Source of the DNA: Lepidodermella squamata
Lineage: Eukaryota; Animalia; Gastrotricha
Assembly: GCA_047495785.1 (NCBI GenBank)
Contig: JBLDXI010000020.1
Span: 744,001 to 808,000, forward strand
Direction: 5' to 3'
DNA length: 64,000 bases
This document shows, one piece after another, positions 40,601-51,535 of the stretch. Within the stretch, counting starts at the first letter, position 1. Each line of letters starts with the position of its first letter. A model generated the notes under the pieces. It made no database searches. It saw only the letters and a list, made by a program, of their open reading frames with translations, and was not told the DNA's origin. A program made the translations under genes and the position numbers.

Positions 40601-41409
40601 CGACCACCACGGATCCAGCTACCACTACAGATCCAGCAACCACTACAGATCCTTCAACAACCACGGATCCAGCAACCACTACAGATCCTTCAACAACCAC
40701 GGATCCAGCAACCACTACAGATCCTGCGACCACCACGGATCCAGCAACCACTACAGATCCTGCGACCACCACGGATCCAGCAACCACTACAGATCCTGCG
40801 ACCACCACGGATCCAGCAACCACTAAAGCTCCAGCAACCACTACAGATCCTGCGACCACCACGGATCCAGCAACCACTACAGATCCTGCGACCACCACGG
40901 ATCCAGCAACCACTACAGATCCTGCGACCACCACGGATCCAGCAACCACTACAGATCCTGCGACCACCACGGATCCAGCAACCACTACAGCTCCAGCAAC
41001 CACTACAGATCCTGCGACCACCACGGATCCAGCAACCACTACAGATCCAGCAACCACTACAGATCCTGCAACCACCACGGATCCAGCTACCACTACAGAT
41101 CCAGCGACCACCACGGATCCAGCAACCACCACGGATCCAGCAACCACTACAGATCCTGCGACCACCACGGATCCAGTAACCAGCACCACGCCGGCGGATG
41201 ACCTTGATCTCATTATTATAATTGTGGTACCAATTTGTGTTGTGGTGGTTGTTGCTTCAAGTGCTCTTGTTGGTTTTTTAACTTTCAAGTATTGCCGTAA
41301 ACCCCCGACGAGAAGAGATCCATTCTCTAATTCGATGGTACTCCAATCTTTCTACATTAGTGGCTTGCCTCGAAATTACGAACCTAGTTCAACTCCAGAT
41401 CAGGCATAA
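37651..41409 (+). CDS. Mesh/SUSD2/MUC4-like type-I membrane protein (NIDO - IPT/TIG - AMOP-like - vWD - mucin stalk - TM), intronless
   Basis: Signal peptide, NIDO ('ATW', 'NTFQ..LATDG..SF', 'N...PGRWVF'), 'GSGQQCFYD', vWD 'GDPHF.TYDG..YTFNG.GEF', Thr-rich repeat, TM helix. Confidence 0.88.
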   Translation: MKRELFLRFLVVLAFFAISRGQVPLGDLFPFGEDNGDSVMPPGEGIITDPPIGLSIPFPFFKNTEKTLYVNSIGLLSFDRGIKDGLPVCEPSNFRMIAGFRSDIDTTDSGDIYYRQTTEPVLLKKAEEEIVRKYPRLAGLTLKWLFIATWENVPPSYKPCSPEKNNTFQMILATDGHMSFSIQYYNEINWPSPSCGTGFNVSAGFDAGDNVNFYVIPGSCTTKISVFTNSNTGKPGRWVFRLDNGVDARNCDANFNITQPVTTSPPFVEVFGGEAVSFQGPCFDIFSSTFQCVFNDPVKGKIITNGVGGIPPGNEAPTVYCITPFFHDSGRVLVEIIETTTLGITKIYKAYLTVALGQPEVSIALSTTSIDGSYANAVSDGKAQIKWPSDHPRLTKAATVDITLLALKDDEWIVLGLLLANYSNEGSATINMGQLLLNVNAELSDDAILMLTVAKSAFYSVNESDREIVNTIISSADGNGVITDFVCYDKNANSSACKAEYWRSTTRDPIKCLAGFSEIAEKSVKCGGKPLASGFVLRRLFGEKPRVELYPLVCSTWQLENIEIPNSEDYASRPCPPLLEQAQADRNYAVFTSNFDAYSLTLDPGLSQTPNTDKPFVAMRQSVPTTSGSGQQCFYDTSTGTLRRDLSYSEFKQPTSWSTTYVNALKDQIGEFTCCQQGRAFAEVLPGFDRSRCGDFKQKRPINDGSNYKAPRPAVAMGDPHFQTYDGLPYTFNGVGEFWMVKPVGSSSFMMQARMAMFAGNASVFSAFTMREGSDASVVQIQLSNSSETEILVDGIKLNFGNEALKTQHFTKVSVTAIDDALAEVNIAFRCGMAFNFLIRKGSMAVISTATVSNMNSISGLMGDYDGNKENDLKNPGGEIIVPAGSPLSDIHTKFGVSWVVHEAESLFTYPNGSSYADFLDLSFEPVFELDPPGDAALTICGDSSACLFDYQVSGGDEAFAKHTQAIYDAFKLVEKILTATDPATTTDPATTTDPATTTDPSTTTDPATTTDPSTTTDPATTTDPATTTDPATTTDPATTTDPATTTDPATTTDPATTKAPATTTDPATTTDPATTTDPATTTDPATTTDPATTTDPATTTDPATTTDPATTTAPATTTDPATTTDPATTTDPATTTDPATTTDPATTTDPATTTDPATTTDPATTTDPATTTDPVTSTTPADDLDLIIIIVVPICVVVVVASSALVGFLTFKYCRKPPTRRDPFSNSMVLQSFYISGLPRNYEPSSTPDQA
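40591..41184 (+). repeat. Coding minisatellite, 18-nt unit (TTTDPA)n, ~33 units
   Basis: Alternating ACAGATCCTGCGACCACC / ACGGATCCAGCAACCACT units. Confidence 0.95.
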
Positions 41410-41771
41410 CCTAATTATATTTAGCTTAACAGACTCGGTTAATACAACTCAGTATATTAGCACCTGCTGCACTTCTTGAGGCTTCGCGTTGCTCATAACT
41501 CATTTTGAATGACCGATTTTAACGGTACGGGAAATTAATGCAATAAAACTCATGCTTTCGTCAGTGGTTTACTGTTTTTTTCTGCATTGGCTTCAAAACA
41601 GAAGATGGTTACTATCACATTCGCTGAAATACGTGATAAAGAAACATGAAATGCACGTGCTTCAAAAATTTAACGTGTTTTATCACAGAATTTAGAAAGG
41701 TAGAAGGGTAAAACAGAAAAAATCAGCGGTTTTTTGATGATTTGAGCGTTATTCTGGAATCTTGATTTCAA

Positions 41772-42167
41772 TTACGCAACTTGGACCACAGGAGTAGCCA
41801 TGGCCATCGACTCATTCGCAGCCTTCACTTCTTCAGCCTCAGCATCCAAGTCTTTGTTTTCGTCGATCAATTGCTTCAGCTCTTCGTCGGCGATTCGCAA
41901 TCGATTGCGACAGTCAGGAATAACAGCGAGGGTTTCTTTCGTCATTTCTTCTTGTTTTCGAATGTCGTACTCGTCCTTGCCTTCAGCATTCATCTTCTCC
42001 ACGCGCGCTTGCATTTGTTGCGCCTCTTTTTCGTAAGAAGCTGTCTCTTTAACCAATCTGAAAAATTCGATGAGAATTTTTTTCTTTTCGCAAAGTCCTA
42101 TTGCCAACCTTTTGACGACCCCTGCTTTGATGCGAAGCGCCTTGAGGGCGTCTTTATTTGCAGCCAT
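41772..42167 (-). CDS. TBCA: Tubulin-specific chaperone A (2 exons)
   Basis: 'L.IK.GVVKR|LVKE..SYEKE', 'DEYDIRKQEE...E...IPDC..RL'. A short in-frame GT-AG intron is read through in the ORF track. Confidence 0.93.
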   Translation of the reverse strand: MAANKDALKALRIKAGVVKRLAIGLCEKKKILIEFFRLVKETASYEKEAQQMQARVEKMNAEGKDEYDIRKQEEMTKETLAVIPDCRNRLRIADEELKQLIDENKDLDAEAEEVKAANESMAMATPVVQVA

Positions 42168-42476
42168 TTAAAATAAGCCTAAATTAAAGGAAACACATCT
42201 TGAGCCACCATTGCATTCTTGATTGAATAGTGTAATAAATTCGAATTTTCGAAAAAGCGCAATCCAACTAGACCAGCTAAGCCGTGTGTAAAAAGAACAA
42301 ACCGGGGTAGTAATAAGGTGTTTTGTACACTGTCATTAATTTAACGCCTTTCAAGGTAAACAATCGGAATGAGACAACAAAAAATTCGATCGGAAAATTC
42401 GTCTTCGAGGAAAGGATAATGCTAAAGGCAAGAGACCGTATGGAAACTAGATCAGCAGATTCATTAATTCAAATGT

Positions 42477-42990
42477 TCATTTCGTCCCATGCTTTCTGCC
42501 CGTACTGCCAGCAGTAGACGGCCGACTCGACGGGGCTTGATATCGCACCGCATGGTCATTCATAGACTGGGCGGCCGGGTTAACGGTCGAACCTGGTAAA
42601 GTCGATCCGGTTGTATTAGTTCTTCGAACAAGGGCCTAAAAAATGAGAAAATAAATTGTGAAAAATAGCAATTTATCAAGTCTAAATACCTGACTAGCTG
42701 CGGCTGCTGGAGCTACAGATGCTCTCATCATTGCACTTGGAGCTTGGAGCTGCCATTTTATTAGGTGAAACGACGCCAATACTCTGTTTCCGTGAGACTG
42801 CGTTGGCTGGGGCAGGGGCCGTTGAACTCCTCGAGTCTTTCGTAAATGTACCAGCCCGCGTCAACGGCGCAGGCGGGGCTAGCATGTCCCCACCGTGTTC
42901 ACCTGGGCGAGACGAATTCGACGCTAGACTAGACATAGAACCGACCAATGACGAATTCGAGCCAGCCTGCTGTTGGGCAGCAGGTCCGGC
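42477..42990 (-). pseudogene. Frameshifted 3' fragment (last two exons) of an S/A/P-rich low-complexity protein gene
   Basis: Clean intron 42636-42689 and last exon ALVRRT...KHGTK*. A 7-nt tandem duplication (42737-42750) breaks the frame before the donor. No upstream exons were found. Confidence 0.55.
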
Positions 42991-43014
42991 TAAATACACC
43001 TTAGGTTGCATTAA

Positions 43015-44007
43015 TCGCGAGGAAAACGAACTGGAAAAACTGCTCCGGAGCTTGAATCATCCCTCGCTCAAGCTGCTAGTTTGTTATTAGCTCGTTTCAC
43101 AGCTTATCTGCGCATTTCCTACATGCACAATCCCAGCGTACCAGATCTGATAAATGCTATTGGTGTGTTTCTGAAAGCAGCTGGCAAGGACAATATGTGC
43201 GAGAGTTTGTCGAGGTTGGTGGAGTTCTCACCCTAATTGAAATCGTCTGCCTCCGCCAAGCGGCTGAAAATCACAAATCGGGGGCTCTACATCTATTATA
43301 TGTACTGGCTAATTCAGGTCGCAACTACAAGAAAATGATCTGGGATGCTTATGGCGTACGAGCAGCGGCAGAATGTCTCGCTCCAGCTCACGAGGATGAA
43401 ACTCAAGAGAATGCTCGCTTGTTACTTACAACTCTTGCTGTTGGAAATCCGAAATATACCGAACTACAGCGCTCTCGCTGCGTTACTTGGCTTGTTAGCG
43501 AGCCCTTCTGTGGATGTTCAAACTGAAGCTACGTTTTTAGTGAAAATTATAGCCAGCCGACCAGATGCCTGTGCATCTATCTTGAGTGGAGTTGTTGGCC
43601 TCCTGACGCCAGCAATTCAAATGTCATCGAAAAATCCGCCAACCTCAATAATAGTCCCGCCTCGACCCTGTGACTTGCAGCAAGCCGCTGTTGCGAAAGT
43701 CATCCGAACTTTGGCTGATGAGTCTTCTGAGTTCAGTGAAGCTTTCTTGCAACTGAACGTAGTTCGCGGTCTTCTTGTAACTATCGGAAACATGGCACAT
43801 CCGGATGCTCAACGCAAGGCAGCTTTAACTTTGGCATTTTTCGTACGAATATTTCCTGCCGTTGACGAGGATGTTCGAGAGGCTATGGACCCCGTGGTGT
43901 ATGCTGCCTTCATGGCAGACCCTGAAGGTCTTTACAACCGCATTACACCCCTGCAAGCCGATGCCCTTGTTCACAACCAAGTCAAACAAAAATTAGCCTT
44001 AAAGTGA
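43015..44007 (+). pseudogene. ARMH1: 5'-truncated, frameshifted ARMH1 (C1orf228)-like sequence
   Basis: 'GKTAPELE..LAQAASLLLARFTAYLRISYM', 'EFVEVGGVLTLIEI', 'ANSGRNYK..I..AYGVR..AECL', 'GNPKY', 'HPDAQRKA'. No ATG (in-frame TAA at 43012-43014), a frameshift near 43189, and a frameshifting internal deletion near 43458. Confidence 0.75.
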
Positions 44008-47000
44008 TGAAATTTCGATATGAACGTGACGAAATAAATTATTAAAAATAATAATATATTTTTTCGCCGCATTGCTTTTTGTTTATTGACGGAAATGCCC
44101 TGCTATTTCAGGAGGGTTGCGGTTAGCCTTGTTTTTTTTTATACAGTCCTTTGGCTTTATTGGTATTGTTAGTGTCGTAACAACAAAACACAAGACAAGC
44201 TATATTATTTCGGCGCTCCAGGTCGTTTCTTGTACAAACACAGTTGACAGCAGGCTTCATCGTCCCAGTTTCTTGTGGTGATACGTGGGCTGAACGTGCA
44301 GCCGTTATATTTGCAGAAAAAGACGAGTCGCAAGTTGGAGGCAATAGCATCCAGCTCGCCGTCATCCGGTCAAAAGATGGCCTATCTGCGGTGAGCGCTC
44401 TGCGCAGTCATAATTAACTGCTCATTGCCTGCTGCAGTGCCATGTTTTTTGCACTCATGCAAAGAAAAACGTGGTATACGGCTGGGTTCCACGCGCAGCA
44501 GGGAACATAGAGATGTGCTATATAGCCAGGTGATATCATAGATATTTAAGATTTGACGGCGATGCGCAAGAAGGCCTATTGTCGAGTTTTGAACAGCAAA
44601 TAAAACCCATCGTACAAGAGCTCATAAATGCAGGCTAAATATCCACTGTATACGTGTTGAAGACATAGCAGGAGGAAATGCACACAATATACTACAGTGC
44701 TGCGTAAGACGGAGCAGAACGAAACCAAAAATATTACATCAAATAAATGCTGCGCATGCGACAGGTACATCTCGTAGTAAATTATAGGGCAAATACACAT
44801 GATACCTATCTCTGCATCTGGCCAGCATGAGAAGCGCCAAGTTAGGAAAAGGCACCTTTACGCCAATAGTAACCCCGTAGAGTAGCAAGTTTTTTACACA
44901 TCGCCACCCCGCTATTGCTTTGTTCCTGCAGCAAGGAAAACAAAAAGTTGCGGGAGATGAATAGGCGCATTAGTCCACTGCCTTTCCTCAAGACAATAGT
45001 TACATTTTCATGGCAGCAAAAAAATCTGCTGAACTGATGGTATTTTAGGGTATTGAATTCATGCGTAAATATACTTAGTATCGCACTGCACCAGGCTTGC
45101 CCTGATCCGAGGCGTAAATTACTTGCACTCCGATAAGTTCACTGTTTCTCAATCATTTTTCAGCCTTTTTACTAATTTCTTACATCAATCGCGCATTCGG
45201 CAATATTATAATGCACTTACCTGCTGTGAAAGTCGAGTAACCTTTCGTTTTCTGGATTGTTTATATTGAGGGCGTGATCAAACAGGCATTTTTTGTTATA
45301 GACCTCATAGTATCATAATAATTAGTATGCGAATTGTCGCGCCTCGCAATGCGTCGGTCTGTTATTCACCTTTTGAGTGGAAAGATCGGTCAAGTGCGAC
45401 ATTGTCGACTAAAAAATACCACATTAACGTATTACCAGCATACGTTTGCTCTTAATAGGGTTAATCAAATTCCGACTGGTCATTATGCTTCCATTTTTTT
45501 CTAAATAATCTTACGTTCTTCCTTCGTCAGATCGTGTTTTCGTTGCTTTTCGAGGGTCAATAATATTTTCCCCAGGTTTTCCTGAACTGATATGAACCAA
45601 CTCGATGTTGGGAAATGGTTCTTAGGATAATTAGATCGATTAATGTCACAGGGTACGCTAGTAAATATTGCAACTTTGCGTTCAACAAGAATTTGAGCCA
45701 TAGGTATATATAGATGAGCCCCTCCAAATATTTGCACAGCTTTGCAATATTAATAGCATTTTCATCGCAGCAATATTATCTTTTCGCGAGCTGAGAGTCT
45801 GCTGCAGCAACCACAGCCATCGGTCGCACTCATTTTGTTGTTGTTCAAATGTAACCTCCGCGTATTATACTTCAAATATATACGTATTGAACGGCTCTGC
45901 CAATTTAATGTCTTTTCACAAACATTTACCTCATAGGTAAGCGAGAACTTCGGACTGGCGCGAGGGGCCGATTTGGGCGGCAGGCAATACAGCATTTTTA
46001 TTTACACTGAATCTTGGCCGCTCTGCAACACGCGTGCGCACCTGCATATCGCATTAATATTTATCATTCGCGTCGCTATATTAATATAGCACCCGATTAT
46101 AACAGATTAAACAATGTCCCGCTGCGTCGCTTAGTTTTATTGCCATCAAATTCGTTGGTATTGTTATTACTTCAATCAAGCCAGGCCATACTTACTCCTC
46201 CACGGCTCATGGCACATCTCCGCCGGTAGCCCGCCGCCAGTGAAGATGGGACGGCGTGTGCAGGGCGGCGCCTTGAAGCAATTAACAAATAGTAATATCA
46301 AAGCGCGGTTCATTACACGTCACTGTTATCTTTCTGCGCGTTTCAGGTACATACGGCCTTAATGCGGTTATCTCGAGCCGCAACAGTGGAAGACGCGCGG
46401 AGATGCGCTTGCGCTAAACACACAGCCATGTTATTGTTCGCTGCGCCCCCTCCCTTTTTGTCCAGAGCATCCGCTTTGTTTCAGACGCCGTGATGCGTTT
46501 ATTAGTGTGATAATATTTTTGGCGCAGGACAATGCCCAGCCTGATGATATCTGTTTTACATTACATAACCCCGACATCGCCCGAGATAATATTATTTTTA
46601 CAAGGCCGCGAGAGTCGAAAAAGGTGCATGCTCGATGGTATTTGATGAGCATTAATAACGTCATTATTATCATCTCGCGAGGCGCATCGCGGAATCTTGT
46701 TGTCCATCTTAAAAACAATAGCGCATCCGTAGAGCCTGTTTATACGTGTTAATTAGCGAACGCTTTTTGGCCCTGAGCAGCGGCACTTTCGTGACTAGAC
46801 GGGCCGTTTCTTGGCCACCACCAGAAAACAAAAAAGTAACTCTTTTTCAAGCGCTTAATGGCTCTGCTTCGGGCCTAACGCTGATACCTAATGCGGTATC
46901 ATTATCATTGTTTATCGCGTGACTACGTCGTTTATTGTTGACTGCCTTCCGGCGGCTGCTCCGACGTATTTTTCTTCGCCTCGGTGCCTTACTTGATATC

Positions 47001-47427
47001 AGCAACAAAAACAGCAAGGGAAACACACCGGCGGCGGCGTAAAGTCCGACCTAATACCTGCCTATTCACTCGAAGCTATTAATTGATGAGATTATTATCA
47101 TGCAAAGCGTTTTTTCGGCTTTACGGAACGATACCCTTTGACGGGCGACATTTAATCCGACGTACGGCCACTTCTAACCGATCTTGAGCTGACACTTGGT
47201 GCTTTGTTCAGCATTCATCTTGCAGCTATGCGCACTGAGCCCGGGTGTTTTGATCCGCATTCATCCTCAATAACCTAATAATGATTTTTTTATTTGTCGG
47301 AATAATCCATTTTAACATAATTATAGGGATATAGGATTATAGTGAATTAAATACCAAACATCGAGTTCTGTATCAAATTATTCCAATCAGTTCAAAATCC
47401 ACAATTTCCAATTTTAAGACCCAGCCT

Positions 47428-47478
47428 CTAACCCTAACCCTAACCCTAACCCTAACCCTAACCCTAACGTAACCCTAA
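47428..47478. repeat. Interstitial telomeric-type repeat (TAACCC)n
   Basis: Six perfect TAACCC units (47429-47464), one degenerate unit, then one more perfect unit. Confidence 0.9.
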
Positions 47479-48031
47479 TAAGTTATATAACCGAATAAAA
47501 CTGTTGAGTATTGGATTAAATGAAATTTGGTACCGCAGTTAGATTTTCCGGTCTTCCGGTCCGGAGTTCTTAGTTAATGTTGTTTTGGCTTGTAGTAGTC
47601 GTAGTGAAAACAAATCTTACGCGAAGTAGAACACATCATGCGAACGTTTAGTGTCACGCGACATCATTATTATTATTATTTTTACCACGAGTATTCATGT
47701 AGTTGTGGGATCCAATTTGGCGCCAAATGCGCTATTGAGCCAGCTAAGCGGTGCTTGATTATAGATGAGGCAAGATAGCCATTAAGTTGGAAGACTGCAC
47801 AGGCTTGTTGCGCGCCGCTTTCAACAAAGACGCCGTCGGTTGTAGTAGCTCATATCTCGCTCTTGTTTTCAACATTCCTTTCACGTTTTCCGCTCGTCGA
47901 AAAGCAATCCGCAAATTACCGTGTTTATCGCAACATGTTTGCACTGTTTTTTTTAACGCGCGCGCAATTTACAACTTATTTTACATATATTGAGATTTTT
48001 TTAATTAATTAGGATTTATTAATGCTCATGC

Positions 48032-51000
48032 ATGTCTGCTGCTGTAACGCAACACACCCATAGCCACCATCATCACCATCACCACAAGGCGAAGCAATTC
48101 GTGGCAACCGCCTCGCCGTCATTCAAGCGCAACACTCAAACAAACTCTCCGCAGCGCATTGCCGTAGTTCGGGGCAACGCCGTCTCGCATAAATCGTCAT
48201 CACCGCCTTCGAATGTGACTTCGCCCGGGCCGGTTGGCGAGGTGGTGCCTAACCATGCCTCGCTGAATCAAGCAGACCCAACCTCGATCGCGAGTAGGCC
48301 TCACGATCTAGGCGAATGTTGCACTCCTCGCGTTATTGTTCTCAACAAAGGAGCAGCTGCGAAAGGCCTAGGATTCACGATAGTCGGAGGAATCGACTCG
48401 CCCCGTGGCCCTCTTGGCTTCTACGTCCGCAGTGTCTTTCCCGATGGAGTCGCCGCTCTGGATGGCCGTTTAAAAGAAGGCGACGAGATAATGGTAATTT
48501 TCTCGTAAAAAATTACATCTCCTTTTTTTATTTTTCCTGTTTTTTTAGGTTCTCAATAACGAGCCTCTTTACGGGCTCAAGCATGCTGATGGATTGTCAA
48601 AATTCAAGCAGCTGCCTCGAGGCCTTGTTAAGATGATAGTGAGGGCGCGGCCGTGTGTTACCTGTCGGGAGATGGCGGCGCTTATGCGTAGTCCGAACAC
48701 TCAGCGAAAACAAAATGACAACAGTCACTTGAACGGTTCAATGACAATGACCAGGAGTGTGACAAACAGTCTGAGCACAGCGGCTTCAGCTAACGTGAAG
48801 CACGTCGGCTCTGTGAGCAGACGCGGCGGGGCTGAGCAGCAGACTGCGGGCAGGTCGCTAGCGCGTGAGATATTTGCAGCGCCTGCAGCTGTCAAGCGGA
48901 ACGATTCGTCTGGGCCGACGCTTTTCGCCGTTAATGACTCTTCAGAACAGGAAGAGGAGGACAACAACCGACAAAGCAGGCTTGAAGAGACTAATCACCA
49001 CGAGCCTATGCCTCACAACGAGGAGGAGCACGAGTCGCACTCGCCGGCTAACACGCCGTCGACCAACGCATCAGTGGAGTTGGAGCCGGGTGATCATTCG
49101 AATACGGAACCGCTAACCCCCTCACCCACTCGCCAACCCGTCGGCTTACCTCTCATAGATAATGCGAGTAGTGAGCTCGAACTGGGCGCTTCCGCTAATT
49201 CAACACAACGAGGCACGAAAAGACGCGATGAGCGGCACCCAAACACCTCGTCGTTCGGATTGAAGAATGTCTCTCGGGTTGAGGTTATCGACCAAAACCC
49301 AGCCGAGGAAGTTGTGATTAGACGGAAGCCATGTGAAAGATTCGGCCTCGGGATACGCATCGACAGCATCGATAACGGGAGTGGGAGAAGCGAGGGCGAT
49401 GAGCGAGTTCAGCGTGTTGTCGTCCACGTAATTCAACCGGGAGGAACCGTCGAAAGAACCGGTTGTCTCGCACCCGGCGATGAAATCGTGGCTATCGGGC
49501 GCATACCCCTATCTGGTCTCAAACGCGAGCAAGTTTTGGGCATGCTGAGGGTGCTGCCTCAGACAACAGTCGCCTTAACGATTCGTCGCACTAACGGGGG
49601 TGTGAAGAGTGAGAGCTCGATGTCTTACGCTCCTGATCAAGAAGCAGAACAATCAGCCACTGAGGCGAGTTCGAACTTCGACGAACGCGTCCAGCTCGAA
49701 GACTTTGACACTGACTTCAGTGAGCAAAGCATTATTTCGCCGTCAATGCCTGTTGGTTTCACAGCCCATGAGGTGACAATTGACTGCTCGAAATCTTGCA
49801 GACTCGGTTTGCACTTAGAGCAACAGGCAGGGACTGGTTATCACAAGGTCACAGCCATCGCCTCGAACAGCCCGTGTTACAGCCTCCTAAAACCTGGCGA
49901 TTTGCTAGTCACATGTAACGGCCAGCTAATCTCTTCGATGACCGGACCCGAGTTGCTGACACTTCTACATCGGTTAACATCGTCTTCATGTCCGCCTATT
50001 GGAGCATCGACAACTTCTATCAATTCGGTGTCGTCTCGGAGACTGCCCTACAATCAGCTACAACCCAAGGATGAGAGTGCGTCGCCTCATATTCGGTTGG
50101 GATTATTTCGGCCAACAAAGCATCATCATCACCATCGCCCGTCACCTATGACCCCTTCAAGCCCATCTCGGCACTCAAGTATGGGAGTGACTTCAGCTGG
50201 CGGTGACCATACGGAAGGGCCGAGGTCCAATTCTTTCGATTCTGACTACAACTCAAGCTCTTCGGCGACATCTTCTGCTCAGCATCTGCAATCTGCCAAG
50301 TCCCCAATCCTACCACCCACTCCTGGCAGTGGGAAGCCACCTCTTAGTCCAAAGAGTGAGAGGCATACCCCGGGAATACCTCCTCCAAGGCGGTCTTCGT
50401 CAACGCTCTCAGTTACTACGGCTGAACCAGTTCCTAATAGAACTCGTGATCAAATGCCCGTTGGTGAAGAATTGACGATCAGGAAAGATACTCTTCGCAG
50501 ATCGTTATTGAAAGTTGAGAGATTACCTGACCCAAGCCTTGGAGCAAACGCAACTAAAGGAGGCGTACCTCTCACTGTCGTTCAGGTCATCTCAGCTTCG
50601 CCAGAATCTCCGCTTCGACCTGGCGCTATAATCGTCTCAATCGGCAACAAGTTGGTTTCGACGATGACTATCGACGAAATTCGACAGCTGCTCATTTTCC
50701 CACCGTCGGATCCTGTTAGGATCGGCTACTACTTGAAGCACAGCACTCAGACCCCGATCGGTGCCAAAGTAACCTCGAGCAATGGCACTAATCTCAGCAT
50801 AACTCTTCGAACCCATTCTCCGACTTTCGATAAAATCCACTCTTTAGCAAATCAAGAGAGTAAGTTTAGTTTGATTAATAGAGCTGTGGACTGGAATTCC
50901 TGGTTATGCACAGGTTTCGAGGAGCCTCCACCCGGCAGACCACAGTCTCCTATGCGCCAAAGAGAGTCCACCGCCAGCCCATCTGATGCGAAGTTATCTC

Positions 51001-51284
51001 CGATGTCGAACAACGGTTACGCCTCAGTCGTTTTGCTAAAGCGGCCTCAAATAGGACTTGGCTTCAGCGTCGAAGGTGGCTGGGACGGCAAGGAGTTGCA
51101 TCCGATTCGAGTGAAGAAAATCTTCGGTGGCTCAGAGGCGGATCAGTGCGGCTTGCTCCGAGTCGGTCACGAAATCGTTTCCGTGAACGGCATCCAGTTC
51201 GATAGACTCAATCGAGAACAAGCGTGGCAAATTCTGCGCACCTTGCCGGAGGGCCCGATCCCTGTCGTCTTCAAAACTCAATAG
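48032..51284 (+). CDS. PDZD2 / pro-interleukin-16 / big bang-like multi-PDZ scaffold (at least 2 exons)
   Basis: First PDZ '[37 protein letters not shown]'. Last PDZ 'GLGFSVEGG...KIF...AW..L..LPEGP' is of the IL-16/PDZD2 type. There are 2-3 further PDZ-like units. Intron ~48494-48548. Extra upstream exons are possible. Confidence 0.8.
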
Positions 51285-51535
51285 GCGGCACTTTCCCACA
51301 ATCACTTCATATAATTCTATTCAGCCGTGGAACTTGACCTGGTAGACCCTGCCGAATCTTAACCCTGAAATGGCTCTAGAACTCGGATATGACAGTTTTT
51401 CAGCATGCTATAATATTGTAAAATGCTTGTAATTATACTCAATCGCATATTTACGCCTTGGATCAAAATGGTAGAGATTGAATAAAGCTCATGCGATTTT
51501 TTGACGTCAAGGAATCACAACTTTATTCATAAAAT

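Noticed and set aside
40511-41288. Alternative-frame (PPRIQQPLQIL) and antisense (VVVAGS) ORFs; also considered as a CRISPR-like array
   Set aside because: By-products of an 18-nt coding minisatellite; there are no unique spacers and the context is eukaryotic.
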